From assembly GCA_963674945.2 (NCBI GenBank), contig CAXXWQ010000004.1:1856001-1920000 (forward strand): a stretch of DNA of 64,000 nucleotides, given 5' to 3'. The DNA comes from an uncultured Desulfosarcina sp. (GTDB lineage: Bacteria > Desulfobacterota > Desulfobacteria > Desulfobacterales > Desulfosarcinaceae). Every line of letters starts with the position of its first letter. Within the stretch, counting starts at the first letter, position 1. Under the pieces are notes generated by a model. It saw only the letters and a list, made by a program, of their open reading frames with translations. It did no database searches and had not been told where the DNA came from. This document shows, one piece after another, positions 16,233-26,410 of this stretch. The translations under genes were made by a program, and so were the position numbers.

Positions 16233-18134
16233 ATGAATCCGTTACATAAGGACCGTGCCGTGTTATCTATTGGTTTTCGAACCGTCATTTGTCTCGCTCT
16301 GATCCTCGTCGCAGGTTGTGCCCATGGGCCGATTGAAACGGCTGAAAAAGCGCCTGCTACGGAAATTCCCTCAGCCGAACAAGGACCAATCACCATCGCC
16401 GACAAAGATGCCTTGGATGAAGATGCCGCAGTACCTGTCATCCCCCCTTTGCCGGCATCGGGAATGAACGGTGAAGCGACAATGTCGCCGAATTTTGGTG
16501 CGGAACACCCTTCCCAAGGAACCTGCGAAGTCCTCGCCACCGAAACGGCCCTTCCGGATGTACAGCAACAAGACCCGCAGCAACAACTGGACGACGCACT
16601 GGACTATTGTGAAACCGCACAGGACAATTGGCAAAAAGGCGAGCTGGAAAATGCCTTGGATTCGCTGGACAAAGCCTACGCATTGATTTTGGAAGTGAAT
16701 GGCGACGATTCGACGAAACTGGTGCAACAAAAAGAGGACCTGCGGTTTCTCATATCCAAACGAATTCTCGAAATCTACGCATCCAGGAACATCGTCGTCA
16801 ATGGCAACCACAATGCCATCCCCCGGGAAATCAATGCAAACGTTCAGAGGGAGATCGACCGGTTTACCAAGGGACCGGAACGCACTTTTTTTATTCAGTC
16901 CTACAGTCGTTCCGGAAAATACCGTCCGATGATCGTGGAAAAACTGACATCCGCGGGTCTGCCCGCCGAACTGTCCTGGCTCCCATTGATCGAAAGCGGG
17001 TTCAAGATCAAGGCATTGTCCAGGGCCAGGGCCTTGGGACTGTGGCAATTCATCCCGTCCACCGGCTATAAATTCGGTCTCAAGAGGGACCAATACATTG
17101 ACGAACGCATCGACTTCGAAAAAGCGACCGATGCGGCCATCGCCTATCTTAAGGAACTCCACGGCATTTTCGGAGACTGGTCGACGGTACTGGCAGCCTA
17201 CAACTGTGGGGAGGGACGCGTTTTGCACGTGATTCGGACCCAGAATATCAACTATCTGGATGATTTCTGGGATCTATACGGACGACTCCCCTTCGAAACC
17301 GCCAGATATGTTCCCCGATTTTTAGCTGCACTGCACGTCATCGAAAATCTGGAAAAATACGGCATGGCCGACATCGCCGTTGCCCCCCCCCTCACATTTG
17401 AAACGGTGCGCGTCGAGCGTCAGGCACACTTAAAGGACCTGGCCACCCCGCTGGATACCACCATAGAGACCCTTTCGGCACTCAACCCCGAACTTCGCTA
17501 CAAGGTTCTGCCCCCCAACCCCTACTCCCTGCGGGTGCCGGTGGGCAAGACCGAACTCCTGTTGGCATCCATCGACCAGGTGCCCATCTCATCGCCACCA
17601 AGGCCGGCCTTCGTCTATCACCGCGTAAGAAGAGGCGATACGCTATCCACCATCGCGAGACGATACCACACCAGCGTCAAAAAAATCATGTGGGCAAACA
17701 ACCTGCACCGCTCCAGCTACATCGTCGCCGGCAAAAAATTGAAGATTCCCCTCCGCCAGATGGTGGTCACGCATGAGCCGGTAACGACCGCTCCGGCGAC
17801 TTCGAACTGGCATCACAGACATGTTGTCAAAAGGGGCGACAACCTTTGGATCATCGCCAAACGATACGGCACGACCACGAAAAAAATACAACACGTCAAC
17901 GGTCTTACGAGTACCAACCTCACCATCAACCAGGTGTTGCGGGTTCCCGATGGACATGGTGAAAACAGTGCGGATCATTCCGTGGCGTCGGTAGACAATT
18001 ACTATGTCCGACAGGGTGACAGCCCCTATCTGATCGCCCGCAAGCATGGTATGTCCCTCAATGATTTTCTGGAGATCAATCGCCTCTCCAAGAGCAGCAC
18101 CATCTATCCGGGCCAGGCGGTTAAGATCAAATAA
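16233..18134 (+). CDS. MltD-like membrane-bound lytic murein transglycosylase with LysM domains (lipoprotein)
   Basis: Lipobox LVAGC; SLT motifs IESGF, GLWQF, AAYNCGEG; three C-terminal LysM repeats. The start is uncertain; a TTGACA promoter-like site at 16132 argues against the 15978 start. Confidence 0.88.
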   Translation: MNPLHKDRAVLSIGFRTVICLALILVAGCAHGPIETAEKAPATEIPSAEQGPITIADKDALDEDAAVPVIPPLPASGMNGEATMSPNFGAEHPSQGTCEVLATETALPDVQQQDPQQQLDDALDYCETAQDNWQKGELENALDSLDKAYALILEVNGDDSTKLVQQKEDLRFLISKRILEIYASRNIVVNGNHNAIPREINANVQREIDRFTKGPERTFFIQSYSRSGKYRPMIVEKLTSAGLPAELSWLPLIESGFKIKALSRARALGLWQFIPSTGYKFGLKRDQYIDERIDFEKATDAAIAYLKELHGIFGDWSTVLAAYNCGEGRVLHVIRTQNINYLDDFWDLYGRLPFETARYVPRFLAALHVIENLEKYGMADIAVAPPLTFETVRVERQAHLKDLATPLDTTIETLSALNPELRYKVLPPNPYSLRVPVGKTELLLASIDQVPISSPPRPAFVYHRVRRGDTLSTIARRYHTSVKKIMWANNLHRSSYIVAGKKLKIPLRQMVVTHEPVTTAPATSNWHHRHVVKRGDNLWIIAKRYGTTTKKIQHVNGLTSTNLTINQVLRVPDGHGENSADHSVASVDNYYVRQGDSPYLIARKHGMSLNDFLEINRLSKSSTIYPGQAVKIK

Positions 18135-18138
18135 CAGA

Positions 18139-18171
18139 AAGCCGTCGCCCGATTCGTATCGGCGACGGCTT
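18139..18171. terminator. Hairpin between convergent genes (probable bidirectional terminator)
   Basis: AAGCCGTCGCC...GGCGACGGCTT inverted repeat immediately after the mltD-like stop. Confidence 0.6.
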
Positions 18172-18197
18172 GTGGCAGAGAGACGCGGAAAAAACCC

Positions 18198-18620
18198 TTA
18201 GGCGTTCTGGGTATCCAGGGCCTTATGCAGGGTTTTGACCGCCAGTTGAATACAGTGGTGTTTCTTTACCGGGATCTCCTCCAGCACCCTGAAAACGGCG
18301 CCGTCGTCGATGGTTCGGGCAAACGCCAAGTCCTTTCCCTGGATCAGATCCACCACCGCCATTGCTGCGGAGATGGCGCCGGCGCATCCCATCACCTGGT
18401 ATTTCGCTTCACCCACGACACCATTTTTCATTTTGATATAAATTCCCATGGTATCGCCGCAAGTCCCGGTCATCTCGGAGGTAATGTCCGCATCGGGGAT
18501 GATCCCCATGTGAGGTTTCTTGATGTAATAATCAATGGCTGTCTTAGAGTAGCCGGATGCCGCTAACATCTTCTCTATCGCTTGAGTATCAGTCGGTACC
18601 GCTGTCTGAATCTCGGTCAT
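18198..18620 (-). CDS. IscU/NifU N-terminal-like Fe-S scaffold protein
   Basis: Three scaffold cysteines: GTCGD, GCAGA, HHCIQLA. Confidence 0.85.
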   Translation of the reverse strand: MTEIQTAVPTDTQAIEKMLAASGYSKTAIDYYIKKPHMGIIPDADITSEMTGTCGDTMGIYIKMKNGVVGEAKYQVMGCAGAISAAMAVVDLIQGKDLAFARTIDDGAVFRVLEEIPVKKHHCIQLAVKTLHKALDTQNA

Positions 18621-18845
18621 CTCCCGTCCCTTCAAAATTACGGATGGTTTCGCACTATAAAAGAGAGACGAATAAACTTTTCTGCTTTTGCTGTCAAGCG
18701 GGGAGTACAAATTGCATGAAGAAATCCGATCTTTCCAACGGCAATGGATAAAAATCACTGCAGATGGCTTGTCAACAATGATAAAAACAGATAGAAAAAC
18801 AGCGAGCCGTCAAGTTTCGAAAATATTCCGAATGAGGGGAACAGT

Positions 18846-19388
18846 ATGATTCCTTGGGGCAGGATCGGTTTGATCGGTGTCATCGTACTCGTGATGATAA
18901 ATTGCAGCGGATCGGAATCCCTTACCAAGGGAGTCTGGACGGCCACCCCGGCATTCATACGATCCACCCGGCCGACATTGGACGTAACCATCACCCCCGG
19001 AAAGGGAAAAAATCCCTACTACGCATTTTTCAAGGTCACCATTATCAACAATGGCCAGACAGACCTTGCCATCGACTGGAATCGATGCCGGTCCCAATAT
19101 AACGGGGCCGACCAGGGGATGCTTGTGTTCGAAGGCATCGATCCAAAAGCGGTAAAAACCGCAACCATACCGCCGGACATCATTCCTGCCGGCAAATCCG
19201 CATCGCGAATCGTCATGCCCGCGACACGGATCGCATGGAACCCGATCCATGAAAAAACGGCCGAGGGGAGAGGCATCTCACCGGGAATCTTGTCCGAAGG
19301 CGAACACGGCATTCGCCTGAACCTTCTGCGGGGGGGTGACCCGGTCACGATTTCCGGGTCTTTTCACATTCGATTGGTCAAGCGCTGA
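18846..19388 (+). CDS. Hypothetical lipoprotein
   Basis: Hydrophobic signal ending in MINC; RBS upstream; 180 aa. Confidence 0.65.
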   Translation: MIPWGRIGLIGVIVLVMINCSGSESLTKGVWTATPAFIRSTRPTLDVTITPGKGKNPYYAFFKVTIINNGQTDLAIDWNRCRSQYNGADQGMLVFEGIDPKAVKTATIPPDIIPAGKSASRIVMPATRIAWNPIHEKTAEGRGISPGILSEGEHGIRLNLLRGGDPVTISGSFHIRLVKR

Positions 19389-20727
19389 GCCGAGATCGCT
19401 CCCGATCGAGGATATGGTTCCCCAATCGGGTCACCAGACGCAATCCGGTTCCGGAGGAATCGGAGCGCATCACCTTCCCCGTTACCTTCACGGAGGGATG
19501 GTCGGCAAAGTCAATGCTGCCACGAAGAATTCCTTTGAGCACGTCGCCCCCACCATCCAGGCGCATACCGACCTCGCTCAGATCCAAGATGGGCATAAAC
19601 CGGCCTTCGGTGGAGAATACCGGTCCAGCACCATTGGGGTAGGTAATCCGCGGGTGCTTTCGTTTTTCATGGGCCGGATCACATCTTTTGGACACGGCGG
19701 CATCTCCTGTCGCCTCAGGAACCGATATCTTTTTTTTCTGCAGGGATGCCGTGATCTGATTCATCTCCGCCGATAAATGGGCAAATTCCGCCGCTTCGGA
19801 TATCGCCTGACGGGACGCAGGTCCGTGCCAGGTGGAACCATTGGCATGGTCCGAGGAAGACGCCGTACCTCCCTGGTCCTTGATGGGAGCCGTCCTATGC
19901 TGGAACATGGCGACCCGCTTTTTGGCTTCCACGAGGGCGTGAACCATCGTCTTGAGCCGGGCCTTCTCTTTTTCCAATCGATCCTCGGCACACACCGCCT
20001 CTGCCGCAGCCGTATCTTCTGATTTTCTTACTTTCCAGACATGGTCCCTTGCTTTGGCTGCCTGTTCTCTCGCCGTCTCGGCGGCTTGTTTTGCAGCATC
20101 GGCCCGATCTTTCGCCCGCTTGGCCACGGCCTTGGCCTCTTGACAGGCCTGTTTGGCCTCGAGTTCCAGGAGCAGTGCACGGGTCTTGGCCGATTTGGCC
20201 GCAACGACGGCATTGAAGCTCGCCTGTTTTGCCGAATCGTAGCATCGGTTGGCCTTTTCCAGGGCTTTTGCGGCAGCATCCACCTCTTCTTGAATCTCAG
20301 GAAGTGCGGACTCGGTTTCGTGAAGCCGCCGCAGGCTGATGGAAATGGCCTCTTCGATGGTCTGGTCACCAGACGAGGCAAGTGCGTCATTTACATCATC
20401 TGTTCCCCGTTCTTTTTTTGACGTGGGAAAATTGATGGTGAAATGCAAATCCTGTGATCCGGGCTTTTCGCCCCCGTCCGATGGGATCGATGGGCGTTTG
20501 CCGTCAGGAGAATCGCTGCAGTCCCGTTTGGACAGAAATGCCACGGCCTTCTCATAGGCACAGGTGAGCAGTTCGATATCCTCCTGCCGATCACCCGGGT
20601 TCCCGACCTTCGGATTCGCATGAAAGCGGTCTATCTCCCGATGAATCTTTGCATATGCCTGGTTCGCATCATCGATGGTGGCGTCCGGTGTCAGCCCTAA
20701 TAGCGTAAGGCTCGATTCCAGTTGCAT
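19378..20727 (-). CDS. J-domain-like / coiled-coil / PilZ protein
   Basis: N-terminal LLGLTPDATIDDANQAY...ELLTCAYE; Ala/Lys/Glu-rich heptads; C-terminal RKHPR and ILDLSEVG PilZ motifs. Confidence 0.7.
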   Translation of the reverse strand: MQLESSLTLLGLTPDATIDDANQAYAKIHREIDRFHANPKVGNPGDRQEDIELLTCAYEKAVAFLSKRDCSDSPDGKRPSIPSDGGEKPGSQDLHFTINFPTSKKERGTDDVNDALASSGDQTIEEAISISLRRLHETESALPEIQEEVDAAAKALEKANRCYDSAKQASFNAVVAAKSAKTRALLLELEAKQACQEAKAVAKRAKDRADAAKQAAETAREQAAKARDHVWKVRKSEDTAAAEAVCAEDRLEKEKARLKTMVHALVEAKKRVAMFQHRTAPIKDQGGTASSSDHANGSTWHGPASRQAISEAAEFAHLSAEMNQITASLQKKKISVPEATGDAAVSKRCDPAHEKRKHPRITYPNGAGPVFSTEGRFMPILDLSEVGMRLDGGGDVLKGILRGSIDFADHPSVKVTGKVMRSDSSGTGLRLVTRLGNHILDRERSRLSA

Positions 20728-20813
20728 ATCTTCCCTTCCCCTATAAAATACATCGCCTCCTGAAAGTGGATTCGGCGCTTACCAAATTGAATATGACCAA
20801 CTTTTTGTTGTTT

Positions 20814-20829
20814 TACAAATTCTATGCCA
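20814..20829 (-). promoter_or_regulatory. Possible sigma54 (-24/-12) promoter
   Basis: TGGCAT-N5-TTGTA about 90 bp upstream of the PilZ gene; the -12 box is imperfect. Confidence 0.4.
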
Positions 20830-21193
20830 ACCAAAAACAACAAAGGGATTCTATATCGATCGATCCCGAACGAAGCTTGGTACCCCAAGCCAAATCAATG
20901 ACAACTAATTAATAATTCTATAAAATCATCTATTCCTGAATGGCGTGGGAAGACATGTGCAATTTTTTTCTCGGGTCTGGTTTGTAAGGACCGCACGGAA
21001 AACTGCAGGCAGTCCATGGTGATCTTGCGTGTCAAATAGATGGCAATGGTGCCAAAGAGCCGATAAACCGTTGCAGCTGTAATTTTCCCTTTTACCGTAT
21101 ACTCCTGTTTCGTCCGATGGCCGCCGTTTTGGGACATTGTCTGGTTGTCGCGGCTTGACTTTGCGTCGGCCCTGCGGTCACGCAGCAATCTCC

Positions 21194-21223
21194 TTGACAC
21201 CGCTTAGCGCCACTGAGTATCCT
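21194..21223 (+). promoter_or_regulatory. Possible sigma70 promoter for the saccharopine genes
   Basis: TTGACA-18 bp-TATCCT, 60 bp upstream of the ATG at 21283. Confidence 0.45.
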
Positions 21224-21282
21224 AGCGCATTGCCCTTCCAGAAATGGTTAATTTTCCGATAGGATCGAGAAAGCGGGGATTC

Positions 21283-22635
21283 ATGAAAAGAATCCTTATT
21301 TTGGGTGCCGGCCGGGTGGCGGGTCCCGCAGTGCGGTACCTGCTGGAAAAAGGCCAAATAGAGATAACGGTAGCCGACCTTGCCATCGGCAACGCCCAGG
21401 CCATCATCGGCACACATGCCAACGCCAGGGCCATCGGAATCGATGTCAAGGACGAATCCGATCTGGTCGGCCACATCGCCACGGTCGATATCGTAATCAG
21501 CCTCCTTCCCTGGTCCTATCACCCGACCATCGCCCGTTTGTGCCTGGATCACGGCAGGCATCTCGTTACCGCCTCTTATGTTTCAGCGGAGATGACGGCG
21601 CTGGATGCAAGGGCGCGGAAAAAAGGTCTTTGTTTCCTGAACGAAGTGGGTGTCGACCCGGGCCTGGACCACATGTCGGCCATGGACGTCATCCACAAAA
21701 TTCGAAAAGACGGCGGAAAGGTCGACAGTTTCTTTTCCTATTGCGGCGGGCTGCCCGCCCTGGAAAGCAACAACAATCCCCTGGGATACAAGTTTTCGTG
21801 GAGCCCCGAAGGGGCAATGACGGCGGCCACCAACGATGGACGATACCTGGAACATGGCCGGGTGATCGAGGTTCCCGGCAGTGAATTGTTCCGACATTAC
21901 TGGCTGAAAAGCGTTCCGGGAGCCGGTGTCTTCGAGGCCTATGTCAATCGGGATGCCCTGCCCTATCTTTCGATCTACGGCATCGAAAAAGCGTCCGGCA
22001 TCTACCGTGGCACCCTTCGGAACATCGGATACTGTGAAACCTGGGATTTTCTCAGACAATTGGGTCTGCTCAACCGGAAGATGATGTTCGACTTCAACGA
22101 ACTCTCCCCGCGAGAGGTACTCGCCAACATCGTCAACTGCCCTGTCAAAGACCTCCGCGCCGGGATCGCCGCCTATCTCAAAATTCCCGAATACGCCCTT
22201 ACCCTCAAAAAACTCGAGTGGCTGGGGCTGCTCTCCAATCGAAAGCTGCTCATCGGCACGGCATCGGTGTTCGACATGTTGGCCCACACCCTCAAACACC
22301 GGCTGACCTATGAAAAAGGAGAGATGGATCTTTTGGTCATGCACCATGAATTCGAGGCAATCTATCCAAACTTGCCCCGCCAACGCATCCAGTCCACCCT
22401 CATCGACAGGGGGTCGCCCGATAAGGAGAGTTCCATGGCACGGACCGTGGGATACCCTGTAGGCATCGCAGCCGGACTTCTGGCCGATGGGAAAATCGAT
22501 CAAACGGGGGTGGTGAGACCGGTGCACCGGCAAATCTACGCACCGATCCTAAACGAGTGCCGGCGTCTTGGCATTCGATTCCAAAAGCGCCGATCGGATT
22601 TTGAAACGGACGAGCCAAGCTATTGGGGGGATTAA
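21283..22635 (+). CDS. Saccharopine dehydrogenase (glutamate-forming; LYS9/AASS SDH-domain-like)
   Basis: ILGAGRV Rossmann motif, VTASY, NEVGVDPGLDH, SYCGGLP, LGYKFSWSP, RGTLR, MARTVG. Confidence 0.9.
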   Translation: MKRILILGAGRVAGPAVRYLLEKGQIEITVADLAIGNAQAIIGTHANARAIGIDVKDESDLVGHIATVDIVISLLPWSYHPTIARLCLDHGRHLVTASYVSAEMTALDARARKKGLCFLNEVGVDPGLDHMSAMDVIHKIRKDGGKVDSFFSYCGGLPALESNNNPLGYKFSWSPEGAMTAATNDGRYLEHGRVIEVPGSELFRHYWLKSVPGAGVFEAYVNRDALPYLSIYGIEKASGIYRGTLRNIGYCETWDFLRQLGLLNRKMMFDFNELSPREVLANIVNCPVKDLRAGIAAYLKIPEYALTLKKLEWLGLLSNRKLLIGTASVFDMLAHTLKHRLTYEKGEMDLLVMHHEFEAIYPNLPRQRIQSTLIDRGSPDKESSMARTVGYPVGIAAGLLADGKIDQTGVVRPVHRQIYAPILNECRRLGIRFQKRRSDFETDEPSYWGD

Positions 22636-22638
22636 AAG

Positions 22639-23961
22639 ATGGTTAAGCAATTGTTGATCCGCGCCGAAGAAATACAACGCCGGGAACGCCGAACCCCCAT
22701 CACGCCCTCAGACCTTGGCCGGATCATGACGGCCACCGGTGCTCGGACATTCGTACAGCATTCGGACAATCGCATTTTTACCGACGCGGCCTATGCATCC
22801 GTCGGGGCGTCCCTTTGCCGGGACATGGAGGAAGGGGAAATCGTATTGGGAATCAAGGAGATTCCTGCGGAAAAAATCGTACCGGGAAAAACCTACCTTT
22901 TTTTCTCCCACACCGTCAAAGGGCAGGCACACAATATGCCCCTGCTGCAAAAGATCATCCATAGCGAATCCACCCTTATCGATTACGAGAAAATCACCGA
23001 CGAAAAGGGTCGGCGGGCCCTCTATTTCGGCCCCTACGCCGGGCACGCCGGTACCCTGGACATCCTCTCGCTTATGGGTGCGCAGTGGGCCGACCAAGGC
23101 ATCCGGACTCCGCTGGCCGAAGTACGCCGGGCGCACCAATACGGATCAGTGGCGGCTGCCAAGGCCCATATGACCGAAATCAGTGAAAAAATTCAAAATG
23201 ACGGCTTTGCTCCGGAACTTTCACCGCTTACCGTCGGTATCCTGGGCTATGGCAATGTTTCGTCCGGTGCACAAGAGATACTGGACTGCCTGCCAACCCG
23301 TCGGGTCCCTCCGGAGGACCTCGAAGAACTGACAAAAAAAAGGCCCATTGACAGGCACCGGGTCTTCGTGTCCGTTTTCAAGGAGAAAGACCTGGTCCGG
23401 CCCAAGGATCGGACAGAGGCCTTTTCTCTCTCCACGTATCTGAAGCAACCGGAACGCTACGAAAGCCGATTCGAACCCTATCTTTCTCATCTGACCCTTC
23501 TGATCAACGCGGTATACTGGGAAAGCCGGTACCCCCGGTTCGTCACCTGGAAAAACCTGCGGGAGATGGCCCATGGTTCGGCGCGTCCGAAACTGAACGC
23601 CATTGCCGACATCAGTTGCGACATCGAAGGCGCAATCCAGTGCACCGTCCGCTCTACCAACAGCGATGATCCGGCCTATCGGGTGGATCCGAAAACGGAA
23701 ACCATCGAAGACGGTCATTTGGGAGACGGCATTCTCCTCCTGGCCGTGGACAATCTGCCGAGTGAACTCCCCATGGACGCCTCTACCTTTTTCAGCCGTC
23801 AATTGCACCCGTTGGTAACGGGATTGCTGATGGCCGATACGACGGGACCGATCACAGAATCCGGCCTCTCCGAACAGATTCAACGGGCCACCATCGTCTA
23901 CAACGGTCGGCTGACCGAACCCTATGCATATCTTAATGCCTATCTTACACAGAAACGGTGA
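22639..23961 (+). CDS. Lysine-2-oxoglutarate reductase-like protein (AASS LKR domain; AlaDh/PNT family)
   Basis: ERRTPITP, GIKEIP, FFSHTVKGQ.HNMPLL, IDYE, GYGNVSSGA, DISCD, AVDNLPSELP. Confidence 0.88.
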   Translation: MVKQLLIRAEEIQRRERRTPITPSDLGRIMTATGARTFVQHSDNRIFTDAAYASVGASLCRDMEEGEIVLGIKEIPAEKIVPGKTYLFFSHTVKGQAHNMPLLQKIIHSESTLIDYEKITDEKGRRALYFGPYAGHAGTLDILSLMGAQWADQGIRTPLAEVRRAHQYGSVAAAKAHMTEISEKIQNDGFAPELSPLTVGILGYGNVSSGAQEILDCLPTRRVPPEDLEELTKKRPIDRHRVFVSVFKEKDLVRPKDRTEAFSLSTYLKQPERYESRFEPYLSHLTLLINAVYWESRYPRFVTWKNLREMAHGSARPKLNAIADISCDIEGAIQCTVRSTNSDDPAYRVDPKTETIEDGHLGDGILLLAVDNLPSELPMDASTFFSRQLHPLVTGLLMADTTGPITESGLSEQIQRATIVYNGRLTEPYAYLNAYLTQKR

Positions 23962-24289
23962 GTAGAGTTCTGTCGGTACAATTGCCTTGACTTGGCTACA
24001 AGTCGAAGATAATAAAAGCAATAAAGACGGCTTCGGAAAAAGCTTTTCCAGGCCAACGGTTGGCCAAACAACGATGTATGCAGGAACTCATTTTTCCATT
24101 GTGTTGCCGATGGAGGAAAAGGGAAAAGCGTTTTATAATTTTTATAAAAAGTCTCTTCTGCATCGAATGGACGCACGAGTTCCCATAAGTTCGAAACCCG
24201 GCGCGTTACAAATTCATCAAAAGAATTAATGACACACTTTTTGCAAATATCCCAAACTCTATATTGATACAACAAACCAGGAGGGCTGA

Positions 24290-26389
24290 ATGACGGAATC
24301 ATCCCCTATCCGACTCGATAAGCTAATCGAACATCCAGCCGTCGCCGACGCTATCTCCGATGTGAACCAGGAACTAAAGGAGAGAAATGCCTACCGTCCC
24401 CCGATGTGTGATGTGTTCGAAAACGAATTTACCCGCCTTGTAACCGATTCCAACTACACATTCGAAATCGACAAGGAGTCCCATCGACGGCTTCCGAACA
24501 TCATTGACAACATGGTTCAGCGAATAGAAAGTAACAACGATCCCGATGAAGCGGAGAAAGAGGAATACAACAAGGCCCGCAACATCGGCGTCGTCTTCTC
24601 CGGTGGTCCGGCACCAGGCGGCCATAATGTGATCGCCGGTATTTTCGATGCGGCCAAGAGGGCCAACCCCAGATCGCGGATCCTTGGTTTTCTCATGGGA
24701 CCCGATGGCATCATCGAAGGGGATTGGGTCGAACTGGATGAAACGGTGGTGGATCAGTACAGAAACATCGGCGGATTCACCATGATCAAAACCGGCCGGA
24801 CCAAAATCGACAATGAAAAAAAGATGTCCTTATCCCGCAAGACCTGCAAGGATTTGAAGCTGGATGCACTGGTGGTGGTGGGAGGGGATGACTCGAATAC
24901 AAACGCCGCTTTCCTGGCCCAGGAGATGTTCGAAGACGGCATCCAGGTTATCGGTGTTCCCAAGACCATCGACGGTGACATCCAGGTCCGTGATGCTGCG
25001 GGCGCGGTACTTTGCGCCATGTCCTTCGGGTTTCATACCGCCGCACGGGCATTTTCCCAGGCCATTGCCAACCTTTGCACCGATGCCAGCAGCGATGTCA
25101 AGTATTGGCATGTGTGCAAGGTGATGGGACGTGTTGCCAGCCATCTGGCACTGGAGGTGGCCCTTCAGACCCACGCAAACATGACCCTGATCGGGGAAGA
25201 CCTTGCCGACTACGTGGACCTTGACCGCCTGGAAAAAGCCAAAGAGACGAAGGTGGTGGATTACACCGCCTATGGCATGACGTTGCGACACCTTTCCCGC
25301 GTGATCTGCGATGCCATCATGGATCGGGCGAAGGTGGGGAAAAACTACGGCGTGCTTGTGATACCGGAGGGAGTACTGGAATTCATCAACGAAATCCAGG
25401 TGTTTATCATCAAGCTTAACACCATCATCGCCGACTACAACAAAATGCATGACCAGGACTTTCACACCGCCTTTCCCAACCTGTACGACAAGCAGGAGTA
25501 CCTGCGGCGGTTGGTCCGGGGTATCCGTGAGGATGTCTCCCACAACGTGTGGAATGCCCGGGACGACGAATTGTTCAACGACATTCCGGAATTTTTTCAA
25601 GAGGGATTGCTCACCGAACGGGACAGCCACGGGAATTTTCAATTCTCCCAGGTCAAGACGGAACAGGTGCTGCTGGATCTGGTGAAAGACTATCTCGGCA
25701 TCCTGAGAGAAAAAGGCGACTATAAGATCGGCATCGAAAACGCCCAGTTCGTGAAAACCATGACCAAGGGTGGGCTGGATCCGGACATTTACGGTCCCAT
25801 CCTCTTCGAAAACTGGAACAAAGCCCAATACCTTTTCATCAAACGGACCGTCATCAGCAATAAGACGCTGAAGGCGGCCCTGGTCGATGCGGGTTTCTTG
25901 GGCAAAGAAGACGATATCCCGGCTCCCGTGAAAAAGATCTATGAACAATCCGTCCCGAAATTCAAGACCCAGGCTCACTTTTACGGTTACGACGGCAGAG
26001 GCAGCGACCCAACCCGTTTCGACTGTATCTACACCTACAATCTGGGAATGACCGTATTTCATTTGATTGCAAACGGCGCCACCGGCCAGATGGCCGCCAT
26101 CTTGAATCTCGAGAAAGAGTTTGCCGATTGGCGCCCCATCGGCATTCCCATTGCGCCGCTCATGCACCTGGAAGAGCGAAAGGGCAAACTGGAGCTGGTT
26201 CTGGAAAAAAGCGTCGTGGATGTCAGCGCCCCTGCTTTCCGGGTGGTCAAGATGTTGCGCGACAAGTGGCTGGCCGCCACACCCGGTGAGGATCACTACC
26301 GCCACCCGGGTCCCATCCGGTTTACCGGCAGCAGTGAAGAGGACCGTCCCATTACGCTCTTGTTAAACGCCATGGGAAACCATTGTTAA
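24290..26389 (+). CDS. pfp: Pyrophosphate-dependent phosphofructokinase (long clade)
   Basis: SGGPAPGGHNVI, GGDDSNTNA (Asp), PKTIDGD (Lys), MGR, GYDGR. Confidence 0.88.
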   Translation: MTESSPIRLDKLIEHPAVADAISDVNQELKERNAYRPPMCDVFENEFTRLVTDSNYTFEIDKESHRRLPNIIDNMVQRIESNNDPDEAEKEEYNKARNIGVVFSGGPAPGGHNVIAGIFDAAKRANPRSRILGFLMGPDGIIEGDWVELDETVVDQYRNIGGFTMIKTGRTKIDNEKKMSLSRKTCKDLKLDALVVVGGDDSNTNAAFLAQEMFEDGIQVIGVPKTIDGDIQVRDAAGAVLCAMSFGFHTAARAFSQAIANLCTDASSDVKYWHVCKVMGRVASHLALEVALQTHANMTLIGEDLADYVDLDRLEKAKETKVVDYTAYGMTLRHLSRVICDAIMDRAKVGKNYGVLVIPEGVLEFINEIQVFIIKLNTIIADYNKMHDQDFHTAFPNLYDKQEYLRRLVRGIREDVSHNVWNARDDELFNDIPEFFQEGLLTERDSHGNFQFSQVKTEQVLLDLVKDYLGILREKGDYKIGIENAQFVKTMTKGGLDPDIYGPILFENWNKAQYLFIKRTVISNKTLKAALVDAGFLGKEDDIPAPVKKIYEQSVPKFKTQAHFYGYDGRGSDPTRFDCIYTYNLGMTVFHLIANGATGQMAAILNLEKEFADWRPIGIPIAPLMHLEERKGKLELVLEKSVVDVSAPAFRVVKMLRDKWLAATPGEDHYRHPGPIRFTGSSEEDRPITLLLNAMGNHC

Positions 26390-26410
26390 ATGTTTGAGAA
26401 AGGAAATGAC

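Noticed and set aside
24230..24245. Sigma54-like TGACAC-N5-TTGCA upstream of pfp
   Set aside because: The invariant GG at -24 is GA
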